The position numbers and the translations under genes are program-made. The notes beneath the pieces are model-generated. The model had not been told where the DNA came from, did no database searches, and saw nothing but the letters and a program-made list of their open reading frames with translations. A stretch of 64,000 nucleotides of DNA from an uncultured Acidobacteriaceae bacterium (GTDB lineage: Bacteria > Acidobacteriota > Terriglobia > Terriglobales > Acidobacteriaceae), in NCBI GenBank assembly GCA_963809605.1, contig CAWEKM010000007.1, forward strand, positions 143,688 through 207,687, read 5' to 3'. This document shows, in pieces, positions 19,048 to 28,823 of this stretch; within the stretch, counting starts at the first letter, position 1, and each line of letters starts with the position of its first letter.

Positions 19048-20493
19048 CTATCGCAGATTCATCACCAGCAGTTTCGGCTCAGTCATTTCCTCGATCGCAT
19101 AGCGCAGCCCTTCGCGGCCGAGGCCGGAGTCCTTCACCCCGCCGTAAGGCATCTGGTCGATGCGGAAGGAAGGAATATCGCCCGCAATCAGAGCGCCGAC
19201 TTCCAGTTCGTCGTACGCCTCGAAAAGGAGTTTCACATCGCGAGTAAACAATCCTGCCTGCAATCCGTAGTTGGAATTATTGATTCGGCGCAGCGCTTCA
19301 TCAAAATTCTCGTAGGGCTCGACGGTCACGACGGGACCGAAGATTTCCTGGCAATTTACTTTCATTTCCGGCTTGGTACCGGTCAGCACTGTTGGATCGA
19401 CAATCGAACCATGGCGACCGCCCCCGCACAGCAGGCGCGCTCCGGAGCGAACCGCTTCTTCCACCCAATTGACGATGCGGATGGCGTCGCTCTCGCGGAT
19501 GAGCGGGCCGATGTCAGTCGATTCTTCCAGGGGGTCGCCCGTCTTCAATTTCTTGACGCCTTCAACAAGAAGATCGGTGAACTTACCATAGACCGATTGC
19601 TCGACCAGAATGCGCTGCACGGAAATGCAAGTCTGGCCGGCGTAGCCGAAGCCTCCAGCAACGCAACGCTCCGCGGCATATTCGAGATCGGCATCGCCGT
19701 GCACGATCGCTCCGGCGTTGCCGCCAAGTTCGAGCGCGACTTTCTTTTTGCCGGCGCGGCGTTTGATGTCCCACCCAACGGGAACGCTGCCGGTAAAGCT
19801 GATCAGCTTGATGCGTTCGTCGGTGACGAGAAGGCCGGCGTCATCGTTCGAGAGCGGCAGCACGTTCAGACCGCCATCGGGCCAGCCCGCCTGCTGCACG
19901 CACTCCGCCAGAAGCAGCGAGCACAGCGGCGTTTGCGGCGCAGGCTTCAAAATCATGGAGCATCCCGCCGCAATGGCCGGCGCGACTTTGTGCGCGACGA
20001 GATTCAGAGGAAAATTAAAAGGCGTGATGCCGGCGATGGGGCCGAGCGGAAAGCGCTTCACGATGCCCCAACGTCCGGCGGTAAACTCCTGCCAGTCGAG
20101 GGGAAGATATTCGCCGTAGATGCGCGTGGCCTCTTCGGCGGCAACATTGAAGATGAAGACGGCGCGGTCGACTTCGATGCGCGCCAGTTTGATGGGCTTG
20201 CCAGCTTCCTGGGACAAAGTGCGGGAGAACTCGTCGCGACGCTCGGCGATCGACTGCGCCACGCGGCGCAGCACGCGCTGCCGCTCGAAGGCAGGCAGGC
20301 GGCGCGTAGTGCCGAAAGCCTTGACGGCGGCGGCGATCGCGGCGTCGGCATGCTCGCGCCGCGCCTGAATCACCCGCCCAATTACGCTGCCATCGAAGGG
20401 GGCGCGGACCTCGACGATGTCGCCATCTTCCATCCAGCGGCCGTCGACAAAAAATCCATGGGTTGCGACTGGGGCGAGCGTCATTTCCGCCAT
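19048..20493 (-). CDS. NAD(P)-dependent aldehyde dehydrogenase family protein
   Basis: 481 aa. ELGGNAG and catalytic-Cys region GYAGQTCISVQR. Confidence 0.9.
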   Translation of the reverse strand: MAEMTLAPVATHGFFVDGRWMEDGDIVEVRAPFDGSVIGRVIQARREHADAAIAAAVKAFGTTRRLPAFERQRVLRRVAQSIAERRDEFSRTLSQEAGKPIKLARIEVDRAVFIFNVAAEEATRIYGEYLPLDWQEFTAGRWGIVKRFPLGPIAGITPFNFPLNLVAHKVAPAIAAGCSMILKPAPQTPLCSLLLAECVQQAGWPDGGLNVLPLSNDDAGLLVTDERIKLISFTGSVPVGWDIKRRAGKKKVALELGGNAGAIVHGDADLEYAAERCVAGGFGYAGQTCISVQRILVEQSVYGKFTDLLVEGVKKLKTGDPLEESTDIGPLIRESDAIRIVNWVEEAVRSGARLLCGGGRHGSIVDPTVLTGTKPEMKVNCQEIFGPVVTVEPYENFDEALRRINNSNYGLQAGLFTRDVKLLFEAYDELEVGALIAGDIPSFRIDQMPYGGVKDSGLGREGLRYAIEEMTEPKLLVMNLR

Positions 20494-20632
20494 TTTTGCC
20501 TCCCGTATGCGGACAGCCGATTTTGATTATAGGCCTTGGCGGTTGGTTGCTTTTTTGCTTGCGACACGAATCTTAAACACAGTGGTACACAGGGTAAGGA
20601 CTGCGGTCGACTACAATCAGCGTTTTGCGCAC

Positions 20633-22012
20633 ATGCCCACTTTGGAAACCATCTTTGAAATAGCCCCGCGGCTGCGACGGAAGGAAGTTTCTCCCGTTGA
20701 ACTGACTCGGGCCTGCCTGGATCGGATCGAGAGGCTTAATCCGGCGCTGAATGCCTTCATCACGGTGACGCCTGACTCGGCGTTGGCGGAGGCGCGCGCA
20801 GCCGAAATCGAAATCTCGCGCGGGGAATGGCGCGGGCCGCTGCACGGGATTCCCGTTGCGTTGAAGGATCTGATCGATACGGCCGGCACGCGGACAACCG
20901 CCGCCAGCGGCCTTTACCAGAATCGTGTGCCCGCGGTGGATGCTGAAGTGGTGCTCCGGCTGCGGCAGGCTGGTGCGGTGATTCTGGGCAAGAACAATCT
21001 GCATGAGTTCGCTTATGGCGGTAGTTCGCTGGTCAGCTTTTTCGGAGATGTTCAGAATCCCTGGAACACGCAGCACATTGCCGGTGGATCGTCTGGGGGC
21101 TCGGCGGCTGCTGTTGCCGCTGGTCTTTGTTATGCGGCGATTGGCACCGATACGGCTGGATCGATTCGCGAGCCGGCTGCGCTGTGCGGGTGCGTCGGGA
21201 TCAAGCCGACTTATGGCCGCGTGTCGGCGCGCGGGGTGATTCCGCTTTCGTGGTCGCTCGATCATGTTGGGCCGCTGGCTGCGACTGTTGGCGATGCGGC
21301 TGTTGTCCTGAAGGCTATCGCTGGATACGATCCGCTCGATGTCGGCAGTGCCGATGTTCCCGTGTCCGATTACGTTTCCGGCCTGGGCGGTGCGACGAAG
21401 GGTCTGCGGGTTGGAGTTCCACGGGCGCACTTTTTTGATGATCTTGACGATGAAGTTCGGGCGGCGGTGGAGCAGGCGCTGGTTGTGATCCGGACGCTGG
21501 TCGCGAATGTTCGGGACGTGCGGATCGATGTATCCTCGGACCGAACTGTGCAAGCTGCGGAGTCTCTTGCTTATCACGCCGATCATGTTGCACGGACGCC
21601 TGAGTTGTATCAGGCGGAAACATTGCGGCGCATACGGTCGGGAGAGAACATTTCGGCGCGGGAGTATATTCAGCGGCGGCGCGAACTAGATGAGGAACGG
21701 CGGCGGGCTCATGAGTTTTTTGCGAATGTGGATCTGCTGGTCACTCCTGCGACGCCCATTCCGGCGCCAGCGATTGGCGATTTGAAAAAAGATCCAGAGG
21801 CGCTGCGTCCGGCGGAACTTAGGTTGCTGCGCAACACTCGACCGTTCAATGTTTGGGGACTGCCGGCTATGTCGGTGCCCTGCGGCTTTACTAAGCGCGG
21901 GTTGCCCATTGGTTTGCAGATTGCTGGGCCGCATTGGCGGGAGGATTTGGTGTTGCGGCTGGCTCGGGCTTATGAGTCGGCGACCGCGTGGCATAAGCGG
22001 CGTCTGGACTGA
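20633..22012 (+). CDS. amidase (amidase-signature family)
   Basis: GGSSGGSAAAVAAG signature. ATG 20633 preferred over track start 20417, which would overlap the divergent aldehyde dehydrogenase gene. Confidence 0.9.
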   Translation: MPTLETIFEIAPRLRRKEVSPVELTRACLDRIERLNPALNAFITVTPDSALAEARAAEIEISRGEWRGPLHGIPVALKDLIDTAGTRTTAASGLYQNRVPAVDAEVVLRLRQAGAVILGKNNLHEFAYGGSSLVSFFGDVQNPWNTQHIAGGSSGGSAAAVAAGLCYAAIGTDTAGSIREPAALCGCVGIKPTYGRVSARGVIPLSWSLDHVGPLAATVGDAAVVLKAIAGYDPLDVGSADVPVSDYVSGLGGATKGLRVGVPRAHFFDDLDDEVRAAVEQALVVIRTLVANVRDVRIDVSSDRTVQAAESLAYHADHVARTPELYQAETLRRIRSGENISAREYIQRRRELDEERRRAHEFFANVDLLVTPATPIPAPAIGDLKKDPEALRPAELRLLRNTRPFNVWGLPAMSVPCGFTKRGLPIGLQIAGPHWREDLVLRLARAYESATAWHKRRLD

Positions 22013-22176
22013 AGCCCTCGTCGTATCTTCCCGGCTGTGGATTTCTGAGTGAAATAAATCTTTGGCGCAGATCACGATTTGGGGATGGGTCGGCTGGGCG
22101 GGCAGATCTCCAGATTAATTTTTTCCATTCGATATCTCTGAAAGTCCTGTCCCGCGCGGGTTTCGCAAAACCGTAT

Positions 22177-22349
22177 CGCGCAAAATCTAGTTTTCAAAGA
22201 ACTTAGATATCAAAATCTTGAGAACAAAGGGCTTAGGGTCGGGCACTCGGGGTGCTCTCAACTGTCACTGCCTCGACTATGATCGCGCGATTTGAATCGC
22301 GGGACAAGGTTAGACGTCACAGGGTGGGTGTGGAAAAGATCTTTAGGCC
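22177..22349 (+). repeat. REP-D, about 175-bp dispersed element, copy 1
   Basis: Collinear blocks shared with 62928-63102: CGCGCAAAATC, CAAAGARCTTAGA, TCAAAATCT, AACAAGGG, GCCTCGAC, AAGGTTAGAYGTCACA. Confidence 0.7.
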
Positions 22350-22369
22350 AACGGACGTGGTGAGAAAAG

Positions 22370-22417
22370 GCATCGAGCTGCGCTCGACGGACAGCCGAGG
22401 GCGGCTGTCCCCACATG
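22370..22417 (+). repeat. REP-B stem-loop element
   Basis: GCATCGAGCTGCGCTCGACGGACAGCCGAGGGCGGCTGTCCCCACATG. 8-bp stem GACAGCCG/CGGCTGTC. Confidence 0.8.
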
Positions 22418-22476
22418 GGCATTTTCGGAGCATCGATACAAACGCCTTGCGGGGCCAACGGCGGTGCCTGCTCGTA

Positions 22477-22539
22477 GGGATCCTTCGACTCCGCATGTGC
22501 TTTCGCTCCGCGAAAGCACATGCTCCGCTCAGGATGACA
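22477..22539 (+). repeat. REP-A unit
   Basis: GGGATCCTTCGACTCCGC, a 13-bp hairpin (GCATGTGCTTTCG/CGAAAGCACATGC), then CCGCTCAGGATGACA. Ends 2 nt from the stop of the 1080-aa gene. Confidence 0.8.
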
Positions 22540-22541
22540 AG

Positions 22542-25500
22542 TCAGTCTACGGTTCTTACGTCGTCGGGCAGGATCAGGACGAAGGCGCAGTTTCCTTTTG
22601 CTGTGGAGCAGGAAAGGATTCCGCGGCGGAGGATTTTTACTGGGGTGTCGTCGGGGAAGCTGAGGGGGTATTCGGCGGTGCGGAGGGCGTCGGTGAAGAC
22701 TTTTAGTTTTTCGTCGCCGCTGGCGAACTTCACGGCTTCGACGGTGGCGTCGGCGCCTTTGCCGCGACTCAGGAGCACGAAGAATTCGGCGCTGCCGGTT
22801 TCTTTTGCGACCTTGCCCAGATCGATGGTGCGCGACTGCTGCAGTTCGTCTTTATACTTTGCGACCGCGGCGTCTGCCTTGGTGCTGCCGGCTATTGCGG
22901 CCAGGCGGTCGCGGGTTTCGGGGATGGGACGCAGTCCGTTCAGGGACAGTGCGTAGGTGCGCAGGGCTTGATCTTTCTTTCCCTGCTTTTCATAGATCTG
23001 TCCTAGATGGTCGCCTACCTCGCCGTGCTGACCGAGTTGCCAGGCTGCGCCGATGTATTTTTCGGCTTTATCGTAATTGCCTTCTCCGAAATAGACCCAG
23101 CCGAGTGTGTCCCAGTAAGCGATCAGCGATGGGACCAGAGGCAGGTCTTGCGCTGTGAGCCGGTCCAGCGAGACATTGCGCAATGCTGCGGTAGTGGCCG
23201 ACACTGCCGATTCGGCGTATTGCTGGGCGCGGTCGAGGTGAGAGTTTTTCAGCGAGAGTTGGTAGGCGATGTTGTTCCAGACCAGTGGCGTGGCTGAGAG
23301 TTCGACGGCGTGGTCGAAAATGGCGAGAGCTTTATCGTCCTGGCCGAGATTCAGGTAGGCATCGCCGAGGCTCACTTGGAGTTCGGGATTATCGGGGGTG
23401 AGAGATACGGCTTTCTCTAACTCGGGGGCGGCTTCGGCGTATTTGTGCCACTCGGAATACATGCTGCCCAGGCCAGCGTGAGCGAACTTGTCGAGGGGAT
23501 TGATTTCGATTTGCTTGTTAAAAGCGGTAACGGCGTTGTCGTACTTGCGCTCCTGCCAGTAGGCGCGTCCCAGCGCGTTGTAGGCAAACTCGTCGTAGGG
23601 ATTGAGTTCGATTTGTTTGTTGAGGGCGGCGATGGCGTCGTCATTCTGGCGCATGCCCATGTAGGCCACAGCCAAGGCATACCATGCGTACTTGTTCTTG
23701 GGGTCGACTTCCGTGGCGCGCTTGAGGAGTTGAATGGCCAGTGGAAAATTGTTGCTGGTATAGGCGGCGCGGCCGCTTTCGACCAGGTCATCCGCTTTCA
23801 TGTCGGGGGGAGGCGTGAGCGTGCCGGCTACTGAGTTTTCGACGGAAAGAAACTGTCCGAGGTCGGAGTTGACGGTGCGCCGGAAAGCCTGATAATCGGG
23901 GGCGCGCGGGACGGGTAGTTCGTCCTGACGTACGGTGAGCGTTCTGGCGGCGGTGAAAGTGGTTCCTTCGAGGTAGTACGTGGCCTGGTACTCGGCGTAG
24001 TCGCGCTTCACGGAAAGAGCGAGCGGGGCGTGCGCGGTGTAGGTGGCAGGGAGTTGGAGTTTGATTTTGTAGACGTACTCCGCTTTAGGGCCCAGCTTGA
24101 GCGGTTCAGCGGCGTCGCTGTCGTCGCCGTTGTCATTGTTATTGCCGAGGTCGGGCAGATTGAACTGGCAGAGGGGCAGGATCAGGTCGGATTTTTTCTT
24201 GGACCAATCGAGGAAATTCGGCCGGGCCACGTCGTAAGACAAGGTGAACGGCTCGCGAGTCGCGGCGGGATCGCTGATCTTCAGATTCGTGACATCGCCA
24301 CCCATCCCGGCGTTGACGTTTTCCACGACTCGTTGCCATTGCGCCTCGGGGACGCGGCGGAAGACTGAACGCAGCAGCAGTTCTTCGTCGCCGCGGAAGG
24401 TGTAGTGAACGTGGGCTTCGAGTTTGCCGATCTCATTTATTTTTCCATCGATCTCGGAGATCTCGCTGTCGGGCATCGGAGTGTCGGCGGGCGTTTTCTC
24501 GAGATGCGGCGTGGAACCATCGGCGGGAATGACGAGGGCTAGTTTGTTGCGCAGGCTGAAGGCCAGCAGGCGGAAGGGAGCGACTTCGCTGGTGGTGTCC
24601 ATCCAGACTTCGTCCTGGCCCATGGGAAGCATGGTGATGACGTGATCGAACTGGGAGGGCGAAGGCACATCGGGATCGAGCTTGCGGCTGGAATTGATCA
24701 ACACTGACGACGCATGCATGCCTTCGGCTTCGAGCAGGGACGCGAGCAGCGTGTGTTTGTCCTTGCAATCGCCGTACTGGTCGTGGAGGACATCGGCGGC
24801 GGCGTGAGGCTGGTAGCGGCCTAAGCCCAGTGACAGACTGACGTAGCGAAAATTCTTGGCGACGTAGTCGTAGAGGCCCTCGACCTTATCCATCTGCGTG
24901 CTCAGGCCTTTGGTGAGTTCCTCAGCTTTGGCGCGAACTTCAGGCGACGGGGCGCGGCGGTCTTTTTCCAGGCTGGCATACCAGCGGCCGATCTGTTCCC
25001 AGCTGACGAAGGTGGTCAGCTGAACGTCGGGGCGATCGTCGTCGGGTCTCTTCTTTTTTTTCTTGTCTTTATCTTTGTCCTTGGAATCGTCTTCGCGCTC
25101 CAGGTGAGAACTGGTCCAGTGGTAGCTGCGGCGGCCGTTTTCTTCGGTGACCTTGGGATCCATGCCTGGCTTGCTCTTTAACTTGAGCGGACGGTCGGCG
25201 GGGACATCGACGTCGAGTTGCTCATCGAGCATGATGCTGGTTTTGTCGAAATCATAGTCGGCCCAGAACTGGCCGGCGGCGAGAGGCGTGTGAATTACCG
25301 TGACCATGTCGTACTCGAGCACTTCGCCAGGACGCAGGCCGGGTACGGTGATGTGTTTCTGGCGGTAGTCGGTGTAGACGGGAGCTTCGTGCTCGACGGG
25401 GGCGCTGAGGTCCTGCACGGCATCGTCGCCCGCCTTCACCACGGTGCCGTCGGCTTTGATCACGCGGACGTAGATAATCTCGACGCGTTCGTTGGCGGAG

Positions 25501-25784
25501 TTGTAGCCTACTTGAATCTCGCCCCACTGCTGGACTCCGGCCTCGCTCTGCACGCGGATGCGGGCGATGGTTTCCCTGCGGCCGGTGCCATCACTTTCGA
25601 AGCGATAGCGGGAGTGGTACTGCTCGACGACGAAGGCCTCCTGAGAATAGTCGTGCTTGGGGGATTCCGTGATCGCTTTCGCGGAAGCACCCTTGGTCGC
25701 GGGCGTTTGGACTGATTGAGCTGGAACGGTTGAGGGTACGGCCAGGATGCAGGCAAGAAGAAGCGAGAGAAGGATACTGCGCAT
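22542..25784 (-). CDS. secreted DUF3857 / transglutaminase-like / TPR multidomain protein
   Basis: Signal peptide from MRSILLSLLLACILAVP (ATG 25784). Transglutaminase-core Cys in YGDCKDKH. KDKDKDKKKKK low-complexity linker. Long C-terminal TPR array. Confidence 0.7.
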   Translation of the reverse strand: MRSILLSLLLACILAVPSTVPAQSVQTPATKGASAKAITESPKHDYSQEAFVVEQYHSRYRFESDGTGRRETIARIRVQSEAGVQQWGEIQVGYNSANERVEIIYVRVIKADGTVVKAGDDAVQDLSAPVEHEAPVYTDYRQKHITVPGLRPGEVLEYDMVTVIHTPLAAGQFWADYDFDKTSIMLDEQLDVDVPADRPLKLKSKPGMDPKVTEENGRRSYHWTSSHLEREDDSKDKDKDKKKKKRPDDDRPDVQLTTFVSWEQIGRWYASLEKDRRAPSPEVRAKAEELTKGLSTQMDKVEGLYDYVAKNFRYVSLSLGLGRYQPHAAADVLHDQYGDCKDKHTLLASLLEAEGMHASSVLINSSRKLDPDVPSPSQFDHVITMLPMGQDEVWMDTTSEVAPFRLLAFSLRNKLALVIPADGSTPHLEKTPADTPMPDSEISEIDGKINEIGKLEAHVHYTFRGDEELLLRSVFRRVPEAQWQRVVENVNAGMGGDVTNLKISDPAATREPFTLSYDVARPNFLDWSKKKSDLILPLCQFNLPDLGNNNDNGDDSDAAEPLKLGPKAEYVYKIKLQLPATYTAHAPLALSVKRDYAEYQATYYLEGTTFTAARTLTVRQDELPVPRAPDYQAFRRTVNSDLGQFLSVENSVAGTLTPPPDMKADDLVESGRAAYTSNNFPLAIQLLKRATEVDPKNKYAWYALAVAYMGMRQNDDAIAALNKQIELNPYDEFAYNALGRAYWQERKYDNAVTAFNKQIEINPLDKFAHAGLGSMYSEWHKYAEAAPELEKAVSLTPDNPELQVSLGDAYLNLGQDDKALAIFDHAVELSATPLVWNNIAYQLSLKNSHLDRAQQYAESAVSATTAALRNVSLDRLTAQDLPLVPSLIAYWDTLGWVYFGEGNYDKAEKYIGAAWQLGQHGEVGDHLGQIYEKQGKKDQALRTYALSLNGLRPIPETRDRLAAIAGSTKADAAVAKYKDELQQSRTIDLGKVAKETGSAEFFVLLSRGKGADATVEAVKFASGDEKLKVFTDALRTAEYPLSFPDDTPVKILRRGILSCSTAKGNCAFVLILPDDVRTVD

Positions 25785-26071
25785 AGGGTAATAGTAAAGC
25801 CTGCGACGTTTGTAGCCCAAGACAGAAGTGGGAGTGCCTGGATTCAGGGCTGGTTCCGCGCGGGTGTGGTGCCGACTTCGGAATGGCACTTTGGTTACCG
25901 ATGTATGCGGTTACTGTGTAGGAAATCTGTGATCGGGATCAGATTTCCTTGTTCGGGGGCGGAAAAACCGTAGTAAAATCCACGCTCAGATGGTCTTGCC
26001 TGGCCACGAAGCCGGGCAGCGTGACGCATAATGTGCTTGCGCCACGATCTTTCCGCGGAGGTTTTTCGGGC

Positions 26072-26251
26072 ATGGAAGATCGGGCTTCTGACATCTCTTC
26101 TTCGGCTTCTCAGCAATCGATTTCACAGGCAGTCGGCAGCGGTAAACATCGTGAAGGCCGCGGGGCCTGGGTGCTGACCGCCTATGGTATTTCCGGGCTG
26201 GCTCTTTTCGGGCTTCTCGCTTATTTCTTTTCGAACTTTATTGCTCGCTAG
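26072..26251 (+). CDS. possible small tail-anchored membrane protein
   Basis: 59 aa from ATG 26072. Ser-rich N-part, C-terminal TM helix (WVLTAYGISGLALFGLLAYFF). No homology recognised. Confidence 0.25.
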   Translation: MEDRASDISSSASQQSISQAVGSGKHREGRGAWVLTAYGISGLALFGLLAYFFSNFIAR

Positions 26252-26274
26252 TTAAGTCCGCGTTGACCACGAAG

Positions 26275-26348
26275 GCATCGAGCTGCGCTCGGTGGACAGC
26301 CGGGAGCCTGCCCTGAGCTCGTCGAAGGGGCGGCTGTCCCTACACGTG
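26275..26348 (+). repeat. REP-B element with internal insertion
   Basis: GCATCGAGCTGCGCTCGGTGGACAGCCG ... GGGGCGGCTGTCCCTACACGTG. Confidence 0.7.
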
Positions 26349-26436
26349 TTACAATGAGCGGCCTTAGGAACTGCTGCTTCGCCAGGAACCCAGCGTTTTC
26401 CCACACTGCACCGAGAAAAGGACACCGCGAAAAGCC

Positions 26437-27492
26437 GTGGCCAAGAACTCCACACCCGCCGCTGGACCCATCACCTACGCCGACGCCGGGGTCGATATTG
26501 ACCGCGCCAAGCGAACCAAGCAGCGCATCAAGTATCTGGCGCATAAGACTTTTACTCGCGGCGTGCTCAGTGAAATTGGCGGGTTTGGCGGCCTCTTCGC
26601 GGTGGATAAGACCAAATATGTCGATCCGGTGCTGGTGTCGAGCGTCGATGGTGTGGGGACAAAGCTGAAGATTGCTTTCGAGATGGGATTGCATTCCACG
26701 GTGGGCGCTGACCTGGTGAACCACTGCGTGAACGACATTGCCGTGCAGGGTGCTGCGCCGCTGTTTTTTATGGATTATCTGGCGACCGGGAAGCTTGAGC
26801 CTACGATCGCGGAGAAAGTGGTGGAAGGGATTGCCGACGCGTGTAAGCACAACGGCTGCGCTCTGATTGGCGGGGAGACGGCGGAGATGCCGGGCTTCTA
26901 TCCTGATGGCGAATATGATCTGGCGGGATTTATCGTGGGCGTGGTCGAGCGAGACCGGATCATTACTGGCAAGGAAGTGCAGATCGGCGACGTGGTGCTC
27001 GGCATGGCGTCGAACGGCCTGCACACCAACGGATATTCACTGGCGCGCAAGCTGCTGTTTGAAGTGGCAGGCTACTCGCCGGAGGATTACGTCAACGAAA
27101 TAAAAAATAAAGTGGGCAATGAACTCATGCGCACGCACAAGAGCTACTGGCCGGCTCTGAAGAAGCTGCTGGACGCGCAGTGTGTTTCGGCTCTAGCACA
27201 TATTACTGGGGGCGGCATTACAGAGAATTTGCCGCGCGTACTGCCGCGCGGGACTTCGGCCGCGATTGATCTTGGGTCGTGGCCAGTGCCTCCGTTGTTT
27301 GAGCACCTGCGGACTCTGGGCAATGTGCCGAAGGATGAAATGCTGCGTACTTTCAACATGGGGCTGGGCATGCTGCTAGTCGTTCCTCTGGCGAAATTCA
27401 AGAAGGCGCAGACTGTGCTTGAGCGCGTGGGAGAGAAAGCTTACACCGTGGGCAGGATTGTTAAGGGTGAGCGCAAGGTGGTCTACAACTGA
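26437..27492 (+). CDS. purM: phosphoribosylformylglycinamidine cyclo-ligase (AIR synthetase)
   Basis: 351 aa. DGVGTK and GGFGGLF motifs. Confidence 0.95.
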   Translation: MAKNSTPAAGPITYADAGVDIDRAKRTKQRIKYLAHKTFTRGVLSEIGGFGGLFAVDKTKYVDPVLVSSVDGVGTKLKIAFEMGLHSTVGADLVNHCVNDIAVQGAAPLFFMDYLATGKLEPTIAEKVVEGIADACKHNGCALIGGETAEMPGFYPDGEYDLAGFIVGVVERDRIITGKEVQIGDVVLGMASNGLHTNGYSLARKLLFEVAGYSPEDYVNEIKNKVGNELMRTHKSYWPALKKLLDAQCVSALAHITGGGITENLPRVLPRGTSAAIDLGSWPVPPLFEHLRTLGNVPKDEMLRTFNMGLGMLLVVPLAKFKKAQTVLERVGEKAYTVGRIVKGERKVVYN

Positions 27493-28104
27493 ATGCATTC
27501 CCTCGGCATTCTTCTTTCTGGACGCGGCTCGAACTTTCTGGCCATCGCCGACGGCATCGACGCGGGCCGCATCGTGGACGCTCGCGTTGCGGTTGTTATC
27601 TCGAACCGTGCGGATGCGCCTGGGGTTGCTACTGCACGGCAGCGCGGGCTGAACGCTGTGGTGATTCCATCGAGGGGCAGGACTCGGGAAGAACATGACC
27701 GCGAAGTTGTCGGCACGCTTAGGCAGCATAAGGTGGACCTTATCTGCCTTGCCGGGTACATGCGGTTGCTTTCGCCCTGGTTTGTGCAACAGTTTCCGCG
27801 GCGGATTCTGAATATTCATCCTTCGCTGTTGCCAGCGTTCCCTGGGCTGGAAGCGCAGGAGCAGGCTTTCGCCTATGGAGTGAAGGTTTCCGGCTGCACC
27901 GTGCATTTTGTGGATGAAGAACTGGATCATGGGGCGATCATCGTGCAGAGGACTGTTCCGGTGCTTGGAAGCGACGACGAGCACTTGCTGGCGGAGCGGA
28001 TCCTGGAGCAGGAGCACGTTGCCTATGCGGAAGCGATCAATATTGTTCTGAGGGGAGATTTTGAAATTGTTGGCCGAAGGTTGAGGGTGAAAAATAGAGA
28101 GTAG
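27493..28104 (+). CDS. purN: phosphoribosylglycinamide formyltransferase
   Basis: 203 aa. NIHPSLLPAFPG motif. Starts on the base after the purM stop. Confidence 0.95.
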   Translation: MHSLGILLSGRGSNFLAIADGIDAGRIVDARVAVVISNRADAPGVATARQRGLNAVVIPSRGRTREEHDREVVGTLRQHKVDLICLAGYMRLLSPWFVQQFPRRILNIHPSLLPAFPGLEAQEQAFAYGVKVSGCTVHFVDEELDHGAIIVQRTVPVLGSDDEHLLAERILEQEHVAYAEAINIVLRGDFEIVGRRLRVKNRE

Positions 28105-28112
28105 GCGCTCTG

Positions 28113-28162
28113 GCAGCTCCTCGCTGCGCTTGGCGGGATAGCCGAGGCGGCTGTCCCCACAT
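28113..28162 (+). repeat. REP-B element
   Basis: GCAGCTCCTCGCTGCGCTTGGCGGGATAGCCGAGGCGGCTGTCCCCACAT, between the purN stop and the GNAT gene stop. Confidence 0.7.
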
Positions 28163-28173
28163 ATACTTCTCCG

Positions 28174-28743
28174 CTAGTCCCGGTGGACTTTTTTAACCAT
28201 CCTTACGATCGGCAAAACTTCACCGTTGCCCAACGGAGCTTCCAGATTCTCGAGCGCTGAATATCCCTTCGCTTTGTAGAAAGCGACGCCGGTCAAGGTT
28301 GCACCCATCTCGAGATGGGTGAATCCTGCTTCCCTGGCTGCGCTTTCGCAGGCTTCCAGGATCATGCTGCCGATGCCGCGGCGCGCCCATTTGGGATGCA
28401 CGAAGAAGGCGCGAATCTTTGCGGCATCTTTCTTCGGATCGAGCAGCGAGTCTTCGCGGGATGCGTACTGATCGCCGCCGTGCAGGGTCTTGCGCTTGCT
28501 CCAGCCGCCGCAGGCTACGATCTCGGGCTTCTGCGAGTCTTGATTCTGAAAATCGAAAGCCTCGGCCACCAGGTATGTGCCATCGGCGATGAGTTGGCTA
28601 TCCACGCCGTAGACCGATTGCAGCGCGCCTTCGATCTGGGCCGGTGAATAGTCCTTCGCTTGCAGGCCTCGGACCGAGGTTTCGATTACTTCGCGCAGCC
28701 GGGGAACGTCTGCCGTCGTTGCCTTTCGGATGCGAATGTTCAT
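28174..28743 (-). CDS. GNAT family N-acetyltransferase
   Basis: 189 aa. Acetyl-CoA binding motif RRGIGSMIL. Confidence 0.85.
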   Translation of the reverse strand: MNIRIRKATTADVPRLREVIETSVRGLQAKDYSPAQIEGALQSVYGVDSQLIADGTYLVAEAFDFQNQDSQKPEIVACGGWSKRKTLHGGDQYASREDSLLDPKKDAAKIRAFFVHPKWARRGIGSMILEACESAAREAGFTHLEMGATLTGVAFYKAKGYSALENLEAPLGNGEVLPIVRMVKKVHRD

Positions 28744-28823
28744 TCCGTTCCCAGTGAATAGCTGACATTCTAATTGGGCTGATTCGGCCTTTGCCGCTTC
28801 GTTCCTTATAATGTCTTTTCCTC

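Noticed and set aside
20417-20632. N-terminal extensions of track ORFs: amidase 20417, cox subunit I 8620, the 1080-aa protein 25889, efp 43739, acyP 43159, trpE 49412, MBL hydrolase 49398, GlsB 41228, folD 60022.
   Set aside because: The extensions overlap neighbouring genes or read through repeat elements. Internal ATGs give native-looking N-termini or signal peptides.
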